A DNA stretch of 64,000 bases, taken from positions 1 through 64,000 of the IMG/VR virus record IMGVR_UViG_3300042973_000021. The stretch is one strand, 5' to 3'. The notes under the pieces were generated by a model, which ran no database searches, was not told the origin of the DNA, and worked only from the letters and a program-made list of their open reading frames with translations. Positions 56,793 to 64,000 of this stretch are shown here, piece by piece (position 1 is the stretch's first letter; every line of letters begins with the position of its first letter). The stretch comes from a virus. Lineage: Duplodnaviria > Caudoviricetes. A program made the position numbers and the translations under genes.

Positions 56793-57912
56793 CGAATGCC
56801 TCACATTTCTGCGTGAAATATGCGATGACGATCTCGCAGTCACGCCATTTTTCATTTGTTGCGTCATACAGCCACTTCGTCATCTCATAAAAGATCTGGT
56901 CCTGACTGTATCCCTTATCTCGGAAACTCACATACATATACCGAACCTGCTGGCAGAACGGATTAAACCGCAGCTTGCCCTCACGCCCCATCTCCTGAAA
57001 GACCTCATGGACGTCATTGAAATAAACATTCACATCTGTCTTGATACGAAGATACAGTGCAAAATCGCTTATTTTCTGTTTCACAGGAACCGGATCGTAA
57101 TTCAGGTCAATATCTGTGGGAGGCGTGATGAAAGGGATCTTTTCTATTACGCGCCGGACGCCTTCCTGCACATGTTGATCGGCTCGAATTTCCTGATCTT
57201 CATGAGCATTGATTAGAGACTCCTTTATTTCCATCATCCGGGAAATATCATCAGGAGTCTTAAGAGCAGCGTACTTTGCCGCGCATTCCGGGCAAAGCGC
57301 GATTAGATTGGATGGCTCATTGGAAGAATTGCTCGGATCAATAACTGCGACGTCATAGATCAGCTCGGTATGTCCGTCACGGTATGTAAAAAGTGATTTC
57401 TGGCATCCGTCATTTGGGCATACACTTCCGGTTTCTGCAACGAGGCCTATACCGTATTTTTCTTTCAATGTTGCCATCTGAATGGCAGGGACACCGCCGC
57501 TTGTTGCTGCAAGGGTGGTGTCTTTTGTTTTTGGTGCAGCCGCATGGTCGATGATGTCCTTGAACCGAGCTGCTATGCATGAGCAGTAATTACTGCTGTC
57601 AATGTCAGGAAACCACGGCTTAAACGAATCAAAGAGATACTCAATCGTGTCATCGGAATCCGTCTGAATGTATTTAGCAAAATTCCCGGTATCGAGAGAG
57701 CCGGAAATCTTGGAGGCGAGTTCCGATATGTCATTCTGTCCGTAGTAGTAGGCCTTATAAGTCCGTGGCAGGGTTTCATCAACGGGATCGTCTTCAGATT
57801 CTGGCAAATAGATCTTTTCAAATAATTCTTTGGCAAAAACCTCAACTTTTCTGTTCCGCCGATACTTCGTCGAAAGCAGCTTCGCGAAGATTTCGAATTC
57901 AGTATCTGCCAA
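56776..57912 (-). CDS. ABC-three-component effector (N-terminal domain + degenerate HNH/Zn module + C-terminal domain; LmuA-like)
   Basis: TTG start after GGAGG. CPNDGC..NLIALCPEC module and C-terminal CEIVIAYFTQKCEAF. Confidence 0.75.
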   Translation of the reverse strand: MADTEFEIFAKLLSTKYRRNRKVEVFAKELFEKIYLPESEDDPVDETLPRTYKAYYYGQNDISELASKISGSLDTGNFAKYIQTDSDDTIEYLFDSFKPWFPDIDSSNYCSCIAARFKDIIDHAAAPKTKDTTLAATSGGVPAIQMATLKEKYGIGLVAETGSVCPNDGCQKSLFTYRDGHTELIYDVAVIDPSNSSNEPSNLIALCPECAAKYAALKTPDDISRMMEIKESLINAHEDQEIRADQHVQEGVRRVIEKIPFITPPTDIDLNYDPVPVKQKISDFALYLRIKTDVNVYFNDVHEVFQEMGREGKLRFNPFCQQVRYMYVSFRDKGYSQDQIFYEMTKWLYDATNEKWRDCEIVIAYFTQKCEAFDVIAE

Positions 57913-57937
57913 TAGAGATCCCTCCTTCCATGCGTAC

Positions 57938-57967
57938 ATGTACGGTCATGTACAGTCGTGTACTCTC
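57938..57967. repeat. Three tandem 10-bp imperfect repeats (putative operator)
   Basis: ATGTACGGTC / ATGTACAGTC / GTGTACTCTC. Confidence 0.65.
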
Positions 57968-58050
57968 GGGAGCGGTGAAAAATGCCGTTTCCCGTATACT
58001 CAAGATACAGGAAGGAGATGAACCGTCCGACATGAAACCGATGCTATTTA

Positions 58051-58079
58051 ATTTTACCACAGTTTCGCACGATGGTCAA
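58051..58079 (-). promoter_or_regulatory. SigA-type promoter of the defence operon
   Basis: TTGACC-17 bp-TAAAAT with extended -10 TG on the minus strand. Confidence 0.75.
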
Positions 58080-58139
58080 TCTTAAATTCGTCATCGCAAA
58101 TTATTTTACAGCGATGCAACAATTTATTCATTTCCTGTA

Positions 58140-58370
58140 ACGCGTCCCGAGCACGACGTTAAAAGGCTCTCCTGAACCTGACTCACCTTCTTCGTGGCCA
58201 CGAGGTGTGTTCGTAGTCAGGCGATGGAAAGACAAATGAATAGAGTGCCAGCTTACGAACGGCTGGTCACCGAAATGAGGCGGAGCAATCCGCATGAGGT
58301 GACCGACGATGTCTAACACAACTGGCAGCCATATGGGTGGTCTCCGCCTCGGTTTGAAAACCGAAAGGAG
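58140..58370 (+). ncRNA. Candidate structured RNA leader
   Basis: Multiple exact helices, two potential pseudoknots and a GCAA tetraloop upstream of the sigma-like gene. Family not identified. Confidence 0.5.
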
Positions 58371-58379
58371 ATCGCTTAT

Positions 58380-59033
58380 ATGGCAATCAAAGACAACAAC
58401 TGGAAATCTTACAATGACGCGCCGCTGAAGGATGGCGAGGTTCTCGTACCTCAGCTGGTAAGCAAGGAGTACGCAATGGGCCTCAAGGCCAATATGTCGA
58501 ACCTGAGAACGTGGGAAAAAAGCGGCATCAGTTATCTGGTGATGTTCATCCCGGTGCCAAAAGATCAGGAGAAGCAGGCATGGTCTATCTTCAATGTTGA
58601 GGTGAACGAACTTCTCGATGAGAAGCTCGGGCCGAACAGATTCAGCCGTTGCATGGTCCCGCAGCCGGATGGCAGCAAGAATCCCTGCCCGAAGAAAAAT
58701 GGCAATAATCATGAATGCTGTGCCAACTGCCCGTTCCGTAATATTTACGAGAAGGAAGATCGCAGCATGGTGTACTGGAGTCAGCTTGAGGAAACCGAAT
58801 ATGCTGGAGGCGTTGAATCTCACGCCGATGATGATTATAAGGTCGAGGCCCTTCTGGAAGACCTGATCAACGAACTTGAACAAAAGAATCCGAAGCTCGC
58901 ACGTATCGTCACTCTCGGTTACGCCGGGTACAGCAAGGCAGAAATCTTCGAAATGATCGGCGTTCAGAAGACGCAGGGATATGACCTGTTCAAAGAAGCC
59001 GAACGTCTGACGAAGGAGTTCCTGTTCGACTAA
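58380..59033 (+). CDS. Sigma-70 region 4-like phage transcription factor with Cys-rich insert
   Basis: RC..CP..CCANCP Zn motif and C-terminal HTH (GYSKAEIFEMIGVQKTQGYD). AAGGAG RBS. Confidence 0.7.
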   Translation: MAIKDNNWKSYNDAPLKDGEVLVPQLVSKEYAMGLKANMSNLRTWEKSGISYLVMFIPVPKDQEKQAWSIFNVEVNELLDEKLGPNRFSRCMVPQPDGSKNPCPKKNGNNHECCANCPFRNIYEKEDRSMVYWSQLEETEYAGGVESHADDDYKVEALLEDLINELEQKNPKLARIVTLGYAGYSKAEIFEMIGVQKTQGYDLFKEAERLTKEFLFD

Positions 59034-59063
59034 TCGCTGAATTGAGATAATCTGTGCTGATTG

Positions 59064-59112
59064 GGCCGGATGCCTGACGCTGCGAAAGCGGCTGACGGTG
59101 TCCGGCCTTTTC
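59064..59112 (+). terminator. Terminator after the sigma-like gene
   Basis: GGCCGGA/TCCGGCC stem followed by TTTT. Confidence 0.6.
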
Positions 59113-59311
59113 TGTACCCGTACCCATAAACGATAGGCATACAATCACACGGTAAAAGGCTATCGTGTGATTATGGTTTCATTTCGCTTTCCTGACGCTC
59201 CGGACGTAAAAAGAGCAGCGGCTCAGACACATTCAATCTGAATACCGCTGCCGCTAAAAACCGCAGAAACGCTTGATTTGTCGGTGTTTTTCACATATAT
59301 GCTATCGCTTG

Positions 59312-59365
59312 ATTGTATCAAAATCGCGAGTCTTAGGTTCTGCAATATCTTTTTCAGTGTTTCTG
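59312..59365. other. Right attachment junction of inner prophage
   Basis: Arm attgtatcaaaatcgcgagtctta (59312-59335), core TTC (59338-59340), then LSR coding sequence resumes. Confidence 0.9.
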
Positions 59366-60092
59366 GTCTCCATTTGGCTTTGCCTGCCGCTGTAAGAATA
59401 CCGTCTGTTTCCAGCCCTCTTGCTATCTGTAAAAGGCTTGCTCCCTCAAGGTACTCTCTGTAAATCCGTTTAACAACCTCAGCACCCTTTGGTTCAATCA
59501 CTAGCTGCTTATTTTCATCCTTGGTGTATCCAAGGAAACGCTTGTGGTTGACCTGTACTTCACCTTGTTGATAGCGATACTGAATACCTAGCTTAACGTT
59601 CTGGCTTAAGGATTGGCTTTCTTGTTGGGCAAGGGATGCCATAATGGTCAGCAAGATTTCCCCCTTGGAATCCATGGTGTTGATATTCTCTTTCTCGAAG
59701 AACACAGCAACGTTTTTATCCTTTAATTGACGGATGTATTTAAGGCAGTCCAACGTGTTTCTAGCGAATCGGCTGATGGATTTTGTGATAATCATATCAA
59801 TATTGCCCGCCATACACTCTTCAATCATGCGGTTGAATTCATCACGCTTTTTGGTATTTGTACCTGTGATACCGTCATCCGCAAAAATTCCTGCCAATTC
59901 CCATTCCTTGTTCTTCTTAATATAATTTGTATAATGTTCAATCTGAATGTCATAGCTTGAAGCTTGCTCCTCACTATCCGTTGAAACACGACAGTAAGCA
60001 GCCACTCGTATTTTTGATTTGCTTTCACTATTTTTATTATTTCCAACCCGTTTAATTGCCGGAATCACTGTTACATTCCTACTTACCGCCAC
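59341..60092 (-). pseudogene. 5' half of outer-prophage large serine recombinase
   Basis: YCRVST catalytic domain through [12 protein letters not shown]. Homology stops at the att core. Confidence 0.95.
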
Positions 60093-60095
60093 TTG

Positions 60096-60509
60096 TTAGA
60101 CCTCACTTTCTATCAAACTGTAGGCATATTCTGCCTGCTTATATGGATCTTCATATTTTTGCACCAGAGGTTTTGCTTTGAACTTTACAGGGTAATCCCT
60201 TTCCGGTTCATCTTTAGGCTCCCATATCCTTCCGAGCTTTTCTGCTCGTTTTCGTTTTTCTACTCTGGCTTTTTCAAAGGTCTCTTCATCAATAATTGGA
60301 GGGTAGAATTCATCGCCCAAGTAATGCTTGTTCTGCAACATCTTACTTGCTGTGGCATGGTAGCAGTCTAGCCCAGCTTTTTTAGCAGCGCCCTTCAAAG
60401 AAAGTCCTGCTAAGTACCCTGAAAATAATTCTCTTACTTTTTCTGCTGCTATATCATCCACAACAGCCTTTCCATCTTCAATTCTATATCCATAGGGTGT
60501 GTGACCCAT
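60096..60509 (-). CDS. Small recombinase-domain-only protein
   Basis: PYGY..LQNKHYLGD..PPIIDEETF (LSR DNA-binding domain), no catalytic domain. Confidence 0.8.
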   Translation of the reverse strand: MGHTPYGYRIEDGKAVVDDIAAEKVRELFSGYLAGLSLKGAAKKAGLDCYHATASKMLQNKHYLGDEFYPPIIDEETFEKARVEKRKRAEKLGRIWEPKDEPERDYPVKFKAKPLVQKYEDPYKQAEYAYSLIESEV

Positions 60510-62075
60510 CTAATTCACCAACCTCTCCTTCAATGTGATTCCACATTTTAATTCAAATCCGACTTCCTCTCGTGAAAAAACAATAATCTTTTCTACGTAA
60601 TTTTCAAACAGCTCATCCTCATAGGCTGTGAGCATTTTGGACTTAGTGGCAAACTTAAGTAAACGGTCAACTTCGTCTACTTTTGCAAAATTGCCATTGA
60701 CGGAACGAGTAAGTTGATCCTTTTCAGCAAGAAGCCTTTCTCTTTCTGCTTCCAGTGAATTCTTTTCTTTATTAAACAGGGCAGGTTCCAGATACCCTTT
60801 GGCCATTAAATCCGTCAGCATCTGGCTCTGCTCCATGTTGTTTTCAATCTTAGTTTCCAATTCTTCAATTCTGCGAAAACTTGCCGCATTGTTCTGGTTA
60901 CGTAACCCATTCAAAAGTGGTCTTAATATGAATTTCTGACCGAAAATGAGTTTATTCATCATCGTGACAAATGCAGTCTTTGTATCATCATCTCGTATGA
61001 ACTGCATAGAACATTCCGTTATATTGCTTATATGCTTACTGCAGCACCAAGCAATGTATTTTCTTGGACCGGATGAATGAATCCGTCTTTTAAAGGTACT
61101 GCCACATTCCGAGCAGATAATTTTGCTAGAGAAAGCATATCGGTTTAGATATTTGCTGTTGCGCTTTTCGATGCCTTTTTCTTTTGCTCTCTGATTAAGA
61201 ATGGCATCTACAGCTTCAAAATCCTCATAGCTGATAATTGCCTCATGGTGGTTTTCTACTAGATACATATTTTTCTCACCATAATTGGTATGCCTGTTAA
61301 AATGGCTGTCAGTATAAGTCTTTTGCAAAATAACGTCGCCAGTATATTTTTCATTGGTCAGAATCCCTCGAATGGTAGTAGCCGTCCAACGGCCACCTCT
61401 TTTTGATGGGATACCCTTTTGATTAAGATTATTTGCAACTTTCTGTGTACCTTTGCCCGATAATACTTCTGCAAAAATATACTTTACAATTTCAGCCTGC
61501 TTAGGGATTACTTTCATTTGACCATCAATGTTTTGATACCCATATGGTGGGTAGGAAATTATAAAGGTTCCGTTTTGAAATCGTCTTTGAATGGCCCACT
61601 TCGTATTCTCTGAAATGGAAATTGACTCACTTTCTGCAAGCCCACTTAAAATGGAGAGCATCAATTCACTTTCCATTGAACCTGTATTGATGTTTTCCTT
61701 CTCAAAATAGATATGAACCCCAAGGTCTATCAGTTTTCGAACCATCTCCAAGCAGTCTGTAGTATTTCTCGCAAATCGGCTGATGGACTTTGTAATGATT
61801 AAGTCAATTCTCCCAGTTTCACAGTCTGATAACATTCTAAGTAGGTCAGAGCGGTTTTCCTTTTTCGTGCCGCTGATACCCTCGTCATAATATAAGCCTG
61901 CGTATTCCCATTCTGGATTTGCCTTTATGTAGCTCTCATAATGGGCCTTTTGTGCTTGCAGGCTGACAAGTTGTTCATCACTGCCTGTTGAAACTCGGCA
62001 ATAGGCAACTACTCGTGTTTTTGGCTTAATAAAAGAGTTGGCCGTATTTCCTTCTATTTTCGTTATCTTTTTCAT
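60510..62075 (-). CDS. Large serine recombinase (outer prophage)
   Basis: [23 protein letters not shown] and CSECG motifs. Confidence 0.93.
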   Translation of the reverse strand: MKKITKIEGNTANSFIKPKTRVVAYCRVSTGSDEQLVSLQAQKAHYESYIKANPEWEYAGLYYDEGISGTKKENRSDLLRMLSDCETGRIDLIITKSISRFARNTTDCLEMVRKLIDLGVHIYFEKENINTGSMESELMLSILSGLAESESISISENTKWAIQRRFQNGTFIISYPPYGYQNIDGQMKVIPKQAEIVKYIFAEVLSGKGTQKVANNLNQKGIPSKRGGRWTATTIRGILTNEKYTGDVILQKTYTDSHFNRHTNYGEKNMYLVENHHEAIISYEDFEAVDAILNQRAKEKGIEKRNSKYLNRYAFSSKIICSECGSTFKRRIHSSGPRKYIAWCCSKHISNITECSMQFIRDDDTKTAFVTMMNKLIFGQKFILRPLLNGLRNQNNAASFRRIEELETKIENNMEQSQMLTDLMAKGYLEPALFNKEKNSLEAERERLLAEKDQLTRSVNGNFAKVDEVDRLLKFATKSKMLTAYEDELFENYVEKIIVFSREEVGFELKCGITLKERLVN

Positions 62076-62127
62076 CCTCTCACCTCCTTCTTGGTAGGTC
62101 ACATATTACCTCTGAAACCCTTATATA

Positions 62128-62358
62128 TCAACGATTCGAGGGCATTATCTCCTTCAAAAATGGAGAGAAAGTTTGGCGATTTAGTGCGCCTATTTTGTTG
62201 AATTCCACTTCCGTTATTAAGCCTTTTTCGAGCATCTTACTCAGCAACTTTTCTGCCCTATAATAATCAAATTCTCTTTGAAGCGCCTCAGCACTTAAAA
62301 GTGTCTTTTTAGAAATGCTTATTTGATCTTGTTTATCTGTAATTTTAGTTATCTGCAT
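62128..62358 (-). CDS. SHOCT-like small protein
   Basis: KMLEKGLITEVEF. Homolog of 3802..3987. Confidence 0.7.
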   Translation of the reverse strand: MQITKITDKQDQISISKKTLLSAEALQREFDYYRAEKLLSKMLEKGLITEVEFNKIGALNRQTFSPFLKEIMPSNR

Positions 62359-62489
62359 ATAGGCAACCTCCATTTCTACAGTGAAAACCCTGCACCTATA
62401 TGCAAAAATCCCTAATGATTCGAACCCCTAAAGGTCAAAAAAAAATGACCCGAAGAGCTATTACACTCCTCAGGTCATAGGTAAAAGTG

Positions 62490-63191
62490 TTAATCATACT
62501 TTATAAACGAATCCGTAAAGCCAGCCTTTTTCGCTTTGGCAAGCTGTGCCTCTGCATTGGCTTTTACAGAATAGGCACCGATTTGCACACGATAATATTT
62601 CTTTTTCTCCTGTTCTGCAGGCTTCTCTCCTTCACTTAATAGCTTTTTCACATCCGCTCTGAAGATATCCATGCTTTTTCCATGCTTTGGAAACCAGTTT
62701 TTCGGATCGCCATGATTACTTGCGATGCCTTTTTGATATCCTTCATAGTGGCCAATAACATCTTTTTCGGTTAAGTTATAGAGCTTGCAGAGATACACAC
62801 ACAGTTCTACCGCTTCCTTATAAACCGCATTAAAATACGAGGCATCGGTCAAACCGTCCTCGCAGATTTCAAAACCAATATGAGTATCATTTGCCTTTCC
62901 ACCTGCATGCCAGCCACGATGGTTCCATGGCAGGGTTTGATAAGTGGCAATTGAACCATCCTTAAGCTTTCCAATGAATGCATGAACACATACTTGCCTC
63001 CCACCTGGTTTATCCTGATTCCAGTGATTGTTGTACTCGTTTACACCCAACAGGCCATCGTCCGGTCCAACGTATCTACGAAGATACGGATTATTTGCAC
63101 CAGTGCTATGAACCATGATGCCCTTCGGTATAATCTTTCTGCCTGCCTTATAACACGCATTTTCAGTTAGAATAAGTTTCCTCAGATTCAT
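62490..63191 (-). CDS. N-acetylmuramoyl-L-alanine amidase endolysin (Amidase_2 + SPOR-like)
   Basis: MVHSTGA, GWHAGG, IGFEICE, GHYE..HGDP and YRVQIGAY motifs. Confidence 0.9.
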   Translation of the reverse strand: MNLRKLILTENACYKAGRKIIPKGIMVHSTGANNPYLRRYVGPDDGLLGVNEYNNHWNQDKPGGRQVCVHAFIGKLKDGSIATYQTLPWNHRGWHAGGKANDTHIGFEICEDGLTDASYFNAVYKEAVELCVYLCKLYNLTEKDVIGHYEGYQKGIASNHGDPKNWFPKHGKSMDIFRADVKKLLSEGEKPAEQEKKKYYRVQIGAYSVKANAEAQLAKAKKAGFTDSFIKYD

Positions 63192-63598
63192 TACTCATTT
63201 CCTCCTTTGTTATGCAACTGTACAAGAATGTCTTTTAACTTTTCTGGTATTGGCAATCCTAGTCGACCAGCATTTTCTAACATAGATATTCCTTCATTGG
63301 AGCAATAAAAAAAGATAATGGCTGTCCGGAGCACGCTCCCCTCTCCGATAAGGTTCGTATCAATCATATGTCCGATTCCGACTAAAACAAAAATAAGCAC
63401 CTTCTTAAAGATGCCCCTAAATCCGATCTCACTAGATAGCTTCTTATCAACAATGGCACACATGACACCAGTGATATAATCAGCTATCGTCAATGCCACT
63501 AATGCATATAAAAAACCATCAAAACCACCTAAAAACCAGCCCAAGAATCCACCAAGTGCTGTAAGGGCAACTTGTACCCCATTCCATATTTCCTTCAT
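63191..63598 (-). CDS. Phage holin
   Basis: Clear homolog of 5495..5911. Confidence 0.9.
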   Translation of the reverse strand: MKEIWNGVQVALTALGGFLGWFLGGFDGFLYALVALTIADYITGVMCAIVDKKLSSEIGFRGIFKKVLIFVLVGIGHMIDTNLIGEGSVLRTAIIFFYCSNEGISMLENAGRLGLPIPEKLKDILVQLHNKGGNE

Positions 63599-63676
63599 GA
63601 TTTTTACCTCCTTCGTGATTGGTGAATATATAAAAAGAGTGCTTGCAATTTTTCGCAAACACTCCTGAATCGTTAA

Positions 63677-64000
63677 TTATATTTGTTTAGGCAGTGCCTC
63701 CCATAGCCTCATATCCTCTTGGCCTAAAGACCATATGGCAATTCCTCTAAGCTTCCATCGATACGCTGCCTCGTTTGCCCAATAAACAAGGCTGTCTACA
63801 TCCTGATAATAAAGAATAGAAAAACCGTCAGCATCTCCAAGAAACAAACGTGAAATCCAGACATTGATGTCCTTGGGAACGATTTTTACTGAATAATCAT
63901 TTCCACAGACTAATGGCAAAAGACCTGAATGGAAGAAATCATAATCCATAGAGATGTCCTGGTTTCGTGTAGAAGCTTCCTCCACATCATTGTTAACTGT
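63677..64000 (-). CDS. C-terminus of GH18 tail-associated hydrolase (truncated by the window edge)
   Basis: Nearly identical protein tail to 5995..8475 (GDADGFSILYYQDVDSLVYWAN). Confidence 0.88.
   Translation of the reverse strand, partial: TVNNDVEEASTRNQDISMDYDFFHSGLLPLVCGNDYSVKIVPKDINVWISRLFLGDADGFSILYYQDVDSLVYWANEAAYRWKLRGIAIWSLGQEDMRLWEALPKQI

Larger units (their letters stand above)
821..59340. mobile_element. Inner prophage (siphovirus-like, HK97 head, LSR-integrated), about 58.5 kb
   Basis: Bounded by a TTC core at 818-820 and 59338-59340 with inverted-repeat arms. Carries integration, lysis, tail, head, packaging and replication modules. Visibly GC-richer than both flanks. Confidence 0.95.
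59341..64000 (-). mobile_element. Outer (resident) AT-rich prophage, recombinase-lysis-tail end. Also includes 1..820 and extends beyond the window.
   Basis: GH18-holin-lysin-SHOCT-LSR order is syntenic and homologous with the inner prophage. Confidence 0.88.

Noticed and set aside
58018-58085. Tiny ORFs after a GGAAGGAG sequence (MNRPT; MKPMLFNFTTVSHDGQS) as leader peptides
   Set aside because: RBS spacing is poor for both starts and the sequence is constrained by the overlapping leftward promoter. Cannot be supported without ribosome profiling.
58140-58175. Pistol ribozyme or preQ1 riboswitch assignment for the 5' pseudoknot
   Set aside because: Only the stem-loop plus UUAAA linker resembles them. 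The other conserved elements were not found, so the RNA is left unassigned.
58128-59144. 338-aa minus-strand ORF
   Set aside because: Antisense to the sigma-like gene and its leader, with no recognisable motifs or RBS.

Overview
The window is dominated by an apparently complete 58.5-kb, GC-rich, Bacillota-type siphoviral prophage (821..59340). It has integrated site-specifically into the middle of a large serine recombinase (LSR) gene belonging to a second, AT-richer prophage of the same general family. The 3' half of that LSR gene is at 1..820 and the 5' half at 59341..60092. Rejoining them across a shared TTC core restores an in-frame 523-aa gene (...KKILQ|NEKYIGD...), and the inner ends form an attP-like 24-bp imperfect inverted repeat. 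The inner prophage encodes two LSRs, a lysis module (GH25 endolysin, holin), tail and HK97-type head modules, terminase, a ParB-methyltransferase and a cluster of small genes that share a repeated promoter motif. It also has a P4-type primase/SNF2/VRR-NUC block and a divergently transcribed DUF2800-DUF2815-family A DNA polymerase block. A roughly 19.5-kb co-oriented defence island contains an ABC-three-component/Lamassu-like system, an XRE HTH, a complete type 1 BREX system and an AbiA-like RT-HEPN gene interrupted by an IS30 element with a 13-bp target duplication. At the right end is a sigma-like gene preceded by a densely structured ~230-nt leader and by face-to-face promoters. Three copies of a 33-bp promoter-like motif mark a probable regulon for this sigma-like factor. 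No canonical CI repressor is recognisable. 59341..64000 is the recombinase/lysis/tail end of the outer prophage. All family assignments come from motif recognition by eye, not database searches.
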